This document shows positions 46,906 to 60,740 of a DNA stretch of 64,000 nt, piece after piece (positions within the stretch are counted from its first letter, which is position 1; each line of letters starts with the position of its first letter). Under the pieces are notes generated by a model. The model did not search any database. It had not been told where the DNA came from and worked only from the letters and a program-made list of their open reading frames with translations. The position numbers and the translations under genes were made by a program. The stretch comes from the human T2T-CHM13v2.0 reference genome, Homo sapiens. The stretch lies in assembly GCF_009914755.1 (NCBI RefSeq), contig NC_060928.1; one strand, given 5' to 3'.

Positions 46906-47579
46906 CTGAACTAATAATTTTTAGTAGCATATGAGATTATGTAATATGTCTATAATATAGTAAGCACTCACTAAATTCTGTTATTGCCGTATCCTTTTAC
47001 ATATCAATGGGATTTTTCCTTCAGAAAAAAATTCCTTTCTGTGCAAATAAAATCAGTCAAGTACTGGCAAGTACAATTATTTCTCACCTAGCCTCCTGAC
47101 TTATCTAAAATATAAAAGTGAACATTTCCAGAAATAGTCTAAATCCAATTAGCTTTCCACCTTTTCATAGGAGTAAAGTCTTGAGTACATTTTACTAAAA
47201 TAAAGGAGGCAAACAGGATGTGGAGGAAGTAAGTTGTAGAAAACAAGTGATTATCTGGTTTCTTCATGAATACTCCAGAAAATGTGAATTTAATACTACT
47301 GGAAAGAACCAGCCCACTTTTAGAAAATTAAAGTTAATTAAATTGACCCCAAAATGATCAATATAATATTTTACAATATTACTACTAAAGTTGAGAGAAG
47401 AATAACCATATTGGAGTTAGGATGGTTGGTACAGACATATCATTTGTAAAAACCCAACCCTCATACTTGCCCCTGTCTTCGAACCACAATTTTAGAATAT
47501 ATGTTAAAATAACATAATCTTAAAACATCCACAAGCCCTCCTTCTTCCCTTCTCCTCACTCCACATCCCTCTGCAATTC

Positions 47580-47790
47580 CTTACCCTATCTCATTCCTCC
47601 ACTCTTTCCCCCTCCGTTCCTCTACTCATCCCTATCTCCTCTCCTCTCCTCCCCTCCCCTCCCCTCCTCTCCTCTCCTCCCCTTCCCTCCCCTCCATTCT
47701 CCTCTCCTCCCTTTCTGTCTCTCTCCTTCCCTCTTCCTCCTTCCCCACCTCTCTCATTTTTCTCTCTCCTCCCCTCCCCTTTCTCTCCAG
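47580..47790. repeat. CT-rich polypyrimidine low-complexity tract
   Basis: cctct/cccct repeats; accounts for ORFs 47591..47818 and 47632..47814. Confidence 0.92.
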
Positions 47791-47794
47791 TGCT

Positions 47795-47945
47795 CTGATT
47801 GGCAGGAAAATCACCCAAGGATTTTTCTGGCCTGCAGATTCAATTCAGCGGGTCCGCAGTGGAGACTGAAATTCTGCATTTCCAACAGATTCCAGGTGAT
47901 GCCGATGCTGCTGGGCTAGAAGCCACAGTTGTGCAACAAGGCAAT
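47795..47945. mobile_element. MER5-family hAT fragment
   Basis: tctgcatttccaacagattccaggtgatgccgatgctgctgg. Confidence 0.7.
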
Positions 47946-50294
47946 CCAGGGATACAAGAAATCAACACCATAATTCGATGTTCTTATTTTTTTTCCTTCC
48001 AAAATCAGTCTAAATTTTAATTATATACTATGCATTGCAAGAAAATAGCAAAGCTTGTTTTACTTTTTTGGCAAATCTATATGTCTACTGAGTAGGAATC
48101 AGTAACTGTGCATAATTTAAACTCACAATTAAAGCAGTGATAACAATTCCTCTAAGTACATACCTGGCTCCAATAATTTAAAAGCCTGATGTTCATTAAG
48201 TCATGATATCTGCTGTCTTATTTTTTATTGTCCTCACTATCCAAAAATGTATTATTAAACATTTTAAGACAGAATTCATATTTAGTTTATGAATGTAATT
48301 ATTAGCTATTTGTTTACTCCAAATTTTCCAAAAAGCCTCTCAAGAAAGATCTTTCAACATAAAGCAGAGGAAGACCACCAAGTAAAAATTTTCAGTGACA
48401 GTGCCAGTAGATAATATTGATCAGACAATCAGAATCCCCACAGATGGCATACACATATATAAATGATAAAGTACAAAAGAAAGACCCTGAATTATTTCCA
48501 ATGCCTACGCCTATTATAAATCTGTTATTTAAAAAAGGTTATTGACTGCCAAAGACTTATTTTAAGAAATACTAAGTTGCAGCAAAAAGAAAATGTTGAA
48601 ATTACAAAGCCAGAGAAACTTCAATTTTGCTTTTATGAGCCTTTATACATTTTATAAATACCAACTTAATATTACTGTTATTTTAATATTATTGTTCTTT
48701 TTACAGATGAAGAAATCAGTGAAATCTATATTAAATGCCTTTCCCCTCTTTAAAATTTTACTTCTGATTATGCATTAAAATATATTTTTGTTTTGCATCG
48801 TGTTCTTTAGTCAGCTTAATTACAGAAGTAATGATTATGTGGATTGTCTTTCATTCTCTTTTAAGAAAAAAATGTGTTCTATAGCTGTAAAAGATTATTG
48901 TTAGAATTTAAAATATGCAATGGCAATAAACATTCTTGACAATGTATGTACTTCATAAACAGACTATTTAAATTGTTTTTATTTATTTAATTTTGTTTTT
49001 TTATTTCCTAAACCTTCTTCCTGAGAGACTGCAGGAAGTAGCAGGAAGGGAAGAAGCTATTGATCACCGTTGACCTCTCGCAACTCTCCACTATGCCCAA
49101 TCTGCATTTCCCATCTCAGGGAAGGACAGGACTGTCTTGGAGGTGTCCCAGTGCAAGATAGGGGGACATCACTTTTCCTTCCTCCTTTATCGCAGTAGGG
49201 ACCAAGTCTTGTCTATTTCTCTGGTTCCAACTTTCCTGTGCATTTCTACCACTTCATCCTATTCATGATGCCTCTGTCCCTCTCAATTAGGTGGCATGCT
49301 TCCCATTTCTCCCCACATCCCAGCTGTTCTTAATCTAGTCTTGAGATTAACATAAACTCAGTGGGAATTGCATTCAGTTTCGTTGGCAAATTTACAAGCA
49401 CTCATATTTAATTGTTAGATATTTAATAAGATCTCAGATCTTATTTGTAGGCCTTATACATTTTAACATGTTCATTCTTGGGTTTTCTTTCATGCTATTT
49501 TGTTTCTGTTGACTTATTTTTATTTTGTTTATTTATTTTTAAATATTTTATGAAGTTGTCACATGCATATCAAAAGTATATAACTTATAATTTTGCAGCT
49601 CAATGAATTATTACAAAGAAATTATATTATTCTTGAAATAAAATCTGAACTGTTCTCCTCTGGTCTAATAGACACACAAAGCCTCTCTATACACTCTCTT
49701 CTATATATAACTAAATAAGACAAAATTATTCTAGTTGTTCAGAACAAAAACACTGATGTTATCCTTTGTTCCTTTGTCATATGCCACATAGGAAATCATT
49801 AATCAGTCATAATAACACTATCTTTAAAAATATCCAGAATCTAGCAACTTGTCATCATCTGGACTACAAGTACCTTATTCACAACCACTATCATTTCTCA
49901 TGTGAGTAGCATAGTAGCCTCCAAACTGGGCATCTTGCTTCCATTCTTCTCATTTTGAGTCTATTCTCAAAATCAACATCATTACAAGAGCGATCATTTC
50001 AGAATATCAGCCATGTTTTTTCACTCTTCTGCTCAAAGCCTTCCGTGAGATTCCTATGTCATAATAAAAGTAAGAATACCTTTAAATGTTGGCTCTCATC
50101 TCTTTGACTATGCCTCCTAATGTTCTTCCTTCTACTATAACACTCCTACTATAATACTGGCCTCCTGGCCAACCTTTGAAAACACTGGATATATTCCTAA
50201 CTCAAGGCCTTCGCATCTGCTGTTTCCTTTGCCGAGAATGCTCATTTTCTACGTGATTTGCATCCTCACCTCCTCTGGGTGTTTGGTCATATGT

Positions 50295-50453
50295 AAGGTT
50301 TCCAGAATTAGCATGAATAAAGGGTAAGATACCAAGTTAAATTTTAATTTTGAATAAACAATGAATCTTTTTAGGATAAGTATATCCTATGCAATATTTG
50401 GGACATACTTATGCTAAAAAATGTTTTTCTATCTGAAATTGGCTAAAATCCTT
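50295..50453. mobile_element. MER53 palindromic hAT element
   Basis: ataagtatatcctatgcaatatttgggacatacttat central inverted repeat. Confidence 0.75.
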
Positions 50454-50674
50454 AGGAAAGAAGGAAGAAAAACTAACCTCCTTGTTATATTGTTTCTAGT
50501 TAACATAATCCATTAATTACTTAAACAGAATACACACAATTTAAGTAGCATCACTGTCCTCATCCCTGGATCCAGGTAAGGCAGAATTGCTTACAGAATG
50601 ATGTTTGGACAAGGCCTATTTGTATTTGATTTTGCTATCACCCTTGTTTTTAGTCTTTCTCTCTCGCTTCCCCC

Positions 50675-50721
50675 CACACAAACACAAACACACACGCACA
50701 CACACACACACACACACACAC
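50675..50721. repeat. (CA)n microsatellite
   Basis: Directly visible; further (CA)n tracts at 24959-24993 and 53590-53628. Confidence 0.95.
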
Positions 50722-53124
50722 CTCTACATTTACTTCAACCAGTATCTCTCTTCTTTGAACTATTGTAGTTGTCGATTATACAACTTCCTCCAACGGAGAA
50801 TCAGAGAATGGAAATAATTTTGCCAATATGAAAAGAATTAATGTCTAAAATTATTGTGAAAGACAGTAGTTTCCTGTAAAAAATTGATCATAATAAATTT
50901 TTAAATTGCAATACAATTATCGAACTCAGTGTTTCTGCAAAGAAATTAGTGGTACCTGGATGCAAAGCACAAAAGAGAGACTGATTAACAGGTCTCAATT
51001 GTGATTAAAATCATCAAGTAATTATGGAAAGGAGAGGCTGATCCACTTCAACAATGGAATGGAAAAGCAGAATAATTCACATTAAGAAAGACATTCAAAT
51101 ATGATATCTGAAAAATCCCTTCACTTCTCTCCAATTGTGTCACCAACGATTCATGGATACAAAGGAATTTTCATATAAAAATTTATAAAAAATACTTATT
51201 ATATTGTCGAATTTCAATCCCTGCAGCCTCTTTGTCAGCTCTATTTCTATCAGTTCCTCCTGAAGAAAGAGCAAACCCTCCAGTGATGGCTCCAGAAAGA
51301 TCTCAACAGCAGCTTTCATCCTCCAGCACTGGAAGGAGGGTGATGTGGGGAAGAGAGCAAGCTGCTACTGTAACTTTCTGCAGTATAAATTTTAAATACA
51401 TGTAGCACTTGGAAGTCCTATTTTATGGGCCAAAAGATCTCAGTTCCTTAGCCTATATGCATGCATCTGTTTCCCAGACATTTAATTGTCTTAATTATCT
51501 CCCTGAGATTTTCTATAAATCCTCCACACACTTCAAACTACACATCTAGACACAGTAATCTAAATACCTGGCATTTACTTAGAATAAAAGTTCCCTTATT
51601 TCAGGAGAGTTGTTCTTTAACTCCAACAACTCAACAGGTCAGGAAAATGACAATACACAAAAGACAAATTTCAGTGATACCAGCTCCGGGAATAATTATA
51701 AAATGGTTAAAAGCTGTCTGTAGTGGTCTCGGGTTTATAAACCTGTTCCCATCTACCACAAAATCTTCTCACTGTCTTCCTATTCTATTCCTATCTATAC
51801 CTGGTCCCTCAAAGGTACCTTAACAATATGAATGACCTTTTACAAAGCACTTCTTTCTAGGGCAGCCTGCACTTTCATCTTCAACCTTTTGAAATTTTAA
51901 GTCTTTGGCACTTATTCATTTAAGTAAATGTTTAAGCATTTCTTTTCAAGAAAAGGCAGCACATTATCAGAGCTCAAAGCCCTAACATAAAACGACTGTG
52001 TTTGAACAGAGATCAAAAGCTCTCATGAAAATGAAATCACTCTTTTCTGGGGAAAATCTTGGCATCACTGAGCAAGTGATAAGCAGAACACATGGATGAA
52101 AAAAAATTTGGCCTTTGAAATTACCAAACTACGTAAACAATTGGCAAAAATACAGTTCAATCATGCCTTTGGGGATGTACACATTTGGCTGGCCTCTGGT
52201 CTGTCCTTTTAAGCCCTAGTGCACCAATAATAGCATTGTCCCTGAGGTACCTTGAGATGAATTTAATTCTGACTTTTCCTCCTGTCTTTGTTTCCTGTGA
52301 CTTTTCTCTGGTTGGCAAACAAAGTGTCTCTGTTCTTGTTTGTGAATGTCTGTATTGATTTCTGTCATCATACTTATTTTCCTTGTACTAAACATTAATC
52401 CCTGGTACATACCTTGAGTGAACTTGTCCTTTGTGGTCATAAATGACCTGTTAGTCTATGCCCTTCTTAGTGGAATTCGCACGGAAGCTGGATACACCTC
52501 CTAATGTTGTCATGAGGGTTTGGGGAATCATTTTGTAAGTTTCTGAGTTGGCACTAAATTTCTATTGGTATTTAACATTAAAAAACCTGTACATTAAAAA
52601 AATGCCTAGATTTTAATTGATTCCCACTATGGATTCCACTTATATTTCATAATGTATAGGCATTACTTAATAAACAGTAACAGTCAGACAAATAGCACCC
52701 ATCCATCACATATTAGATTTAATAATTGAATTTCAATAGATAACAGAGCTCTTCCGGAAGAAGTAGTTTGAATATTCTCTCATTTTTACACTTCCAAACT
52801 TTACTTACAGAGAAACTATTTGAGATACATACACATTTGTGAATCCCAATAGACACCATAAGTACAAATCTACCCAGCATAATTTCTCCCTTAGCAATAG
52901 GATCTGAAGCCTTTCAGATTTTTTCACCAAATCCAATTAGCTAAGATTAAGTTTGTGTTATCTACAGTATTTGGAGATGTATTTTCTATGGTATGAATCT
53001 AGGACTTCTGTAAAATTTAGGATGCTGCATGATAAATACGCGGTTTTGTTTTTTTTTTAATTAGAAAAAAAGAATAACACTGAAGGGGAAAAAAACACTG
53101 AATATATGTATAGCTGATGGAAAG

Positions 53125-53139
53125 AGCGCCCTCATGTGG
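53125..53139 (-). promoter_or_regulatory. candidate CTCF binding motif
   Basis: Minus strand CCACATGAGGGCGCT, 13/15 match to CCASYAGRKGGCRSY, with a retained CpG in CpG-poor DNA. Confidence 0.5.
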
Positions 53140-54874
53140 TAATGCACAAGCAGAGCTGGATTGCATTGACAGAAGTTGTTGAAAGTTTTACCAAGTCATG
53201 GGGCCCCCCTTGTGCCCATTTCAGCCATTAACATGGTTTAGCCTTGAAAATCCAACACACCACAACATTCTAAGTAGCTACATACCATCAGTTATGACAG
53301 GCACTTAAGATAAAACTTTAGTTCCTTTAATTAGCCGCAGAAACATTTAGGGAAAATATTCAGAAGTAATCAGATTCAACTGTAACTTGTAAGATTTTTT
53401 CAAGTTTCTGATTTCATATTTCATTGTTTTTTCTTTAAATGTTAATGTTTCTATGTGAAAGACTTCATTGTCCAAAAACAGGCAGGTAAAATGAAAAACT
53501 TAATTCTGCAACAGTAGCACATCACCAACCATATATAACCCCTTTCTTGCTCTCTCTCTCTCATTCACACACACCCATAGAGAGACAGGCACACACACAA
53601 GCACACACACACACACACACACACACACGGGTATCCTTTCATTTAGGGACTTTCTTGTCCTATTATCTGTAGTTCATTCTTACCAAAACCATGTAATATT
53701 TATTCTACCATCACCCCATCAAGTACCTATATACAAATGAAGCCACACAATTTGTAAACTTGACTGGCTCTATATGTTGTTCATGGAACAGAGGATTTTG
53801 CATCCTAAAGTAAAATTAGTGACAAAATATATATAGCCTATATTCATTAATAGAAACCCTCAAGTAGCTGTTACAAGAGTGAAATTGTAATTAAAAATCA
53901 TAAAGTTTTGACAGTACTGCAACTACCATTAAATTAGCATGGCTCATGTAAGTGCTGAGATATCAACAACCTTACGTCTCAGGTTATTGAGATTATTACC
54001 TAATCAGAGTTATAAAACCTGAAGTTCAAAGAATGACTGGGACTGGTCGCTGATTGATAGTTCCAGAAATTAAGCCCCTTGCATTACGAAGCACTGAGAG
54101 TTGAGAGGTTGAGATGAATGAAGTGGGCATATTAGCAATATTAAAAATAATGATAGATATAGCTACTATTTAATGAGTACCCACTATATGCCAGACAGTA
54201 TACAAAGTACTTCTTATAATGTGTTTTAATTCTCACAATGGTCTCACAAGGCACATGTTAGTCTAATTTTACAGATCAGAACATTAGGACATGGAAAGGT
54301 TAGGTAGCTCTCTTGAAGTACTACAGGTAATATATTACAGAGATAGAATAATCTGATGCCAACATAATATACTGCTTCCCACTGGAAAGTAAGATGGAAT
54401 GAAAAATCCTAGGAAAAAGCTTTGGTAGGATTAAGGGAGAAAAATAATTTGGGTGGAGTAGAAGGAAGGGTTGTGGCAACGGAAAAGGTGAAAGTAAAAA
54501 TCAGTAAACTTACTGAGATCTCTGATTCCATTTTTTTAAATTCTATATAGTCAGAATATATTTATTCTAGTTGTCCATAAATTCTAGTTTCTAATCTGTA
54601 TAATTGAATGTCAGAATTGGAAAAGTCAATCAATAAATCCCTCTTCTATGAAATCAATAATTTCCTCAAAGATGTCAATTGACTTCTAGATCTTACCGTT
54701 AGTAAATGGCAAAGTCAGGATGGGAACATGGTTGGGCCCTGTGCTCCTGCCACAGCACCAACTCAGTGGCCCATTGCATTGGTACCCTGCCTTCACATTT
54801 GCCTTAAGTCTGTCCATGGCACTGCTGCCAGAGTGATTTTGCAAAAATACCATTCTGACAGTGTAATAATAAAG

Positions 54875-55260
54875 ACAAGCTAAACCATGCTTCAGTGACA
54901 AACAACCCCAAAATATCAGTGGCTTGAAACTATGAGATTTATTTCTCCCTTGCACTATATTTTCCCTGGCTCAGTTCAAAGTTCTGCTTTACACTGTTCC
55001 TACTCAGGGATCCCAATTGTAGAAACTCAAGTTGATGGAAAAGCTACCACCTGGAACATTGCTAGTGGCCACAGCTAGTGGCCACAGCAAACAGAGACAG
55101 TGCTGAATAATCTTAAAATTTCCAGCCAGAAGTGACATGTGCTATTTCTTGTTCATACTTAATTTGTCAAAGTAAGTTACTAAATTCAAGGGCTGGAAAC
55201 TGGTACATTACATGTCCCCAGAAGGAGGAATGGAAATATTTGTTAGGCATTACTAATGAG
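54875..55260. mobile_element. MLT1-type (MaLR) LTR remnant
   Basis: gtgacaaacaaccccaaaatatcagtggctt...gaagtgacatgt; boundaries approximate. Confidence 0.55.
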
Positions 55261-57403
55261 TAACAGCAAAGATTCCCTTGCTTAATTGATGTCAGCTGCT
55301 GACAGGATAAAATCCAGACACATTTATTTGTCTTAGAAAACTCACTGTGATGTGACCTCTAACTGCAGGCCATACCTCATTTCCCACAGGTATCCTATGT
55401 ACCAATTATCTTGAATTTGTTATTTTCCCACAAAATATCAAACTATGTCATGCCTCATGCATTTGCCTCCATGTCTTCCTGGTGAAATCCTAGTTTTCCT
55501 TCAGGGCTCAACTCGGGGATTTTCTGCTCTGTACTTTTATCAGATCACTCCATCCCCAATCCAAACACAACATGCCCTTACCTATTTTTTATCTTCATCA
55601 AAGAGTGCCACACTCATTTGTTCATATGTAATTCTCATTTATTATACTGTACGTGCCCTGAATGCAATATCTCTGGGTTATTGCTAGTGCTCAATAAATA
55701 ATGTCTGGTTGAAGAAATGAAGTCATCAGCATTCTAATAGGAGATACCAAGGTTTAGCAAAATTAATATCTACAGTAAACCAAGGGAGTTTTGAATAAAA
55801 AAGTGAGACAACAGATGGATAGGCACATAGGTACCTTGGGATTGTGCATTACCCTTTACTGATAAAGTTAACTTTTTGTAATGTAAGCTGGTGATTTTCA
55901 TTTAAAATGGAAAGTCACATATATGTGAATCTGTTTTGGAGGCTTTTTCAGACTTCTTCTATCTCTTAGAGACTTCTCCCTAAAGGATCAAGATGTGTCA
56001 AATTTCCCCTAGAATGTTTTATTCAGAAATATTACCACGCTGAGCAAATACATTTTCTCATTTAATGGCACATAAAATGAGCCACAGGTATTCTGTGGAT
56101 ACCCTGAAGATAAGTACACGTTTGCATCATTTTACAAGGAAGGGAACAGGTTCAGAGAAAATAATAAACTTGCCCAAAGTTACATGGCTAATAAGAACCT
56201 GAAGTGAGATTTCAAATCTAAGACTTTTTGATGGTGAAGCCATGCTATCAACATGCCATCTACACAATAAATGCAGGTAGTTGCAGAAAACTGTTTAGGT
56301 GAAAATTTATTATATTCACACATTAATGGGAGTTGTTGTTCTGATGAATCACTCTGCCCTCTGTTTCATCAGGGCTCCTCGCCTGACAATACTTTTATCG
56401 AAAGAGCATTGATAAGTTACAAACTTCAGGCTTTATCAGTTATGTAGGCAATAGAGTAACTCACAAATTTTACTGAAATCATATTTCATGAGCAGCTGCT
56501 ATTTTTGCCAGTCTCGGGTTTATGCTGGGCCTGGTGCTGTGTGGTGGTTATTCACCCAGAAACCTCATGACTTACGTACCTACCCAAACCCACATGCATC
56601 ATTGGGTAGAATGTGTCCTTGAATTCTTTGATGTTTTTGACATTTGAAGGAAAAGAGCAATGCATTTGTTTTCTAGGAACTTCCACCAAGTATTTCCTAA
56701 TATCACCATGGAACTGCCAGAGGTTTCTAAAACACATTCTCCTAAATTCTCACAATAAGCCCCAGGGCAGATCTTCACAATCATTCCTTTGTGGACTCAA
56801 TCTGTATCTCACTATGCCAAAAGCATTTCTATCTTAAAGCTCATCTAATCTTTGAATCTAAAAGTCAGTTCTCTGAAGTACTTATGAAATATACAACTAG
56901 GAACTTTATTCTTATAATGCAAGGTAAAGTGATTTTAAACTCCTTTATGGACATATTTTATACAAAAGTAATAAAACTGTCTTTAAAAATTCTACTTAGA
57001 GAGTTTACTTGTTTATTCCAAATTTGTCATATCCTGGGCTTAGAATGTGTGTGAAGGACCCAAGCAAATGTAAATTGCTTATTTCAACAATAAGAAAACC
57101 CAATGAGCATGCTTCACCAGAACAAATAATTAACATGACTACCCATTAAATTGTGTGTTCCAGAGGAATCAGATGAGTAATTACTGAAGAAAGAGTGCCC
57201 AAGTAGTTAAGCTGTTTCTGCTGTCCTTGCAATCCAACAGACCATGCTGTCTCAAAATCGTTTCCCACAAAATGTCTCATTCACCTTGGGTTTTAAGAGA
57301 ATTATTTCAACCTAACACTTATTCAAAGTCTGAGCTTAGACAGATAATCCATTCTTAGACATCTTGAAAATCATTACATAATGTTTATTCATGGATGATT
57401 TGA

Positions 57404-57768
<365 letters not shown>

Positions 57769-59170
57769 TTACCAATCTTTCTTGGTAATTTTTTACATCC
57801 ATTCACACTTTCTGAGTTACTATTTTGTAGCACTTTTAATTGATTTGTCTCCAAGACACCATTTTTTTCATCTTTGCCTGATGAATAAAGACATAAGAAA
57901 ATATTTTCCAGGATATTGAAAAGTAGGCATGACAGAGATATTTTAATAATAAATTATTAATAAAGATTAAATTAATTCAAGTCTTATACATACATAGGAT
58001 ACAAGAGAAGAAAAATACTTTTATACAAACGTAGGTCCACATCCACCATGCTAGAGCACCATTTGACCAAGTAAATTTTTTTTAAAGTGACACTTTTTTT
58101 CAATGTAAACATGAAGGTTATGAAGTAGGTCTTTTAAAATTATGTGTTTCAGCATAATATGATTGTCAAGTAGAAGATTTCAGAGTTAAACACATCTCAG
58201 TTCCGATCTTGATCCTGGAACTCATTAACCACGTAACTTTGGGGAGAGTTTCTGATCTTAATGAGCCATATGTTCCTCACCTGTAAAATGAAAATATCAG
58301 TATCATATCTAAACCTCAAGACTGTGGTGAGGATTAATACAGTTGAGTTGATTTATGTAAATAAAGCACTTAGAAGAATACCTGATACAATCTACATGTT
58401 AGATAAACAATACGTTATTTCTATTCTAATTAACATCCTCATTCAGAAAAAGGTGCTGAATATGTTTCTTTATATATATCTATACATGGAAAATGAGAGA
58501 ATGTGAGAGCAAGAATATGCTCTGCAATAGTACCTACATTTAAAAATTTGATGAGGCCTCCAATGTACTCATGAACTTAATTTCAAAAAAAGTAGAATCC
58601 TTTCCAAGTAATATTACCATTTATCAGAAATCACAGAAAATTCTAACTTGATAAAAACATAAATTGACTGGTAATTTTAAAATGAATTCTAATTACTTAT
58701 TCTAAAATATCCAATGAAACAGATACTTGATTAAAATACAATATGGTATTTTCACAGTTTTCCTACATTTCTGAAAGCAGTCATGATGAGGAAAGTTGTC
58801 TGTGGCGTTGGTTTGTAAGTTCTTGGCTTTTGTAGTTTAAAATGATTGTTTTTGTAAGTAGAAAAGTTTCTCGGAAAAGGAATAGAGAAAACAAAACTTC
58901 TTTCATTGAAATGTGACCTGAACAATAAGCACTATTCTTAGGTGAACTTCATGGTTGATAATCTCAGCTTAGAGCACTTAACCTGCAGATTGGAACAATA
59001 CTGGATATATTTCCTCATATCAGAATGAGTTTCTTAAGGCTTTTGGAGGAACAGAAATAGTGTAGCTCAGTACTTCTGTCTTTAAAAAGTCCTAACAATC
59101 CAAGACAAACCTCAGAAAATCCAGAAATTGGGAGGTCCTGATTATTACAGAATGTATGTCAGGGATTATA

Positions 59171-59216
59171 GTAGGTTGGTACAAAAGTAATTGCAGTTAT
59201 TGCAATTGAAAGTAAT
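59171..59216. mobile_element. MADE1 half element
   Basis: taggttggtacaaaagtaattgcagtt. Confidence 0.7.
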
Positions 59217-60122
59217 ATTCAAGAAACCTGGGGAATCTTCAACAAATGATGAGAAAGAATGTTTAATCAAGAGAGTCATAAAGTTTATTTAATATATCCT
59301 AAAAGTGCATGGAAAAAAATTATCCAATGTCTTGGTTATGTGAAAACCTACAGAGTATGGTGTTGAAACAGATATTTTCTTTGGAAACAGACCTGTGTTC
59401 AAATCTGAGTTCTATTACTAGAGAACTGTGCTACCTCAGGAAAATAACCTCTCTGAGTCTCAGTTTCCTCAATGTATGCTGACAATGATATTTTGCATAT
59501 GCTTAGGATCAATTCAGAAAATGTATATAGAAAAGATAGCCAAGAATCTGATGTATGGCACTAAACATGTGCTAGATTCACATATCTCTAAATATTTACA
59601 CCCCCTACCCCACCAGATAAATTACGGTTTTAGTACCATTACATTACATAAGAAAGATCATGTGGCCCTGGTGGGAGTATTCACGCTATAAAAACTGGGA
59701 GATGGTATAAATCGAGGCCCCCTTTTTCGGCAGAGATCTGTTTTATCACACTCCACTGCCTAAAGGATAGAATTTGAGAATAGAGGCATTGGTGAAAGCA
59801 AGGGGATTCTCCTGAACAACATTTTGAAGTTAATAGTTTAGATTTTTTCAAGAATATTTTATAATTAAAATTTCAAAAAGAAAACGAATATATCAGTATG
59901 AAATGGTGACACATGCTTTGCAGAGAACTTAAACAGGGTAGTATGATAGAAGCAGCTGCCCTAGATTGAGTAATCTGGGAACATTCTTCTGTGGAGTGAT
60001 ACCTAAAATGAGATATAAATTATAAGAATCCACCAGCCCCTCACTAATTGGAGGCAGCGCATTCCAGGCATAGGGAACAGCAGGTGAAAAGGCCTTAAAG
60101 AGCAATGCATTTAACATATTCA

Positions 60123-60740
<618 letters not shown>

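Noticed and set aside
47591-47818. Glu/Gly/Arg-rich ORFs
   Set aside because: Translation of a CT-rich low-complexity tract.
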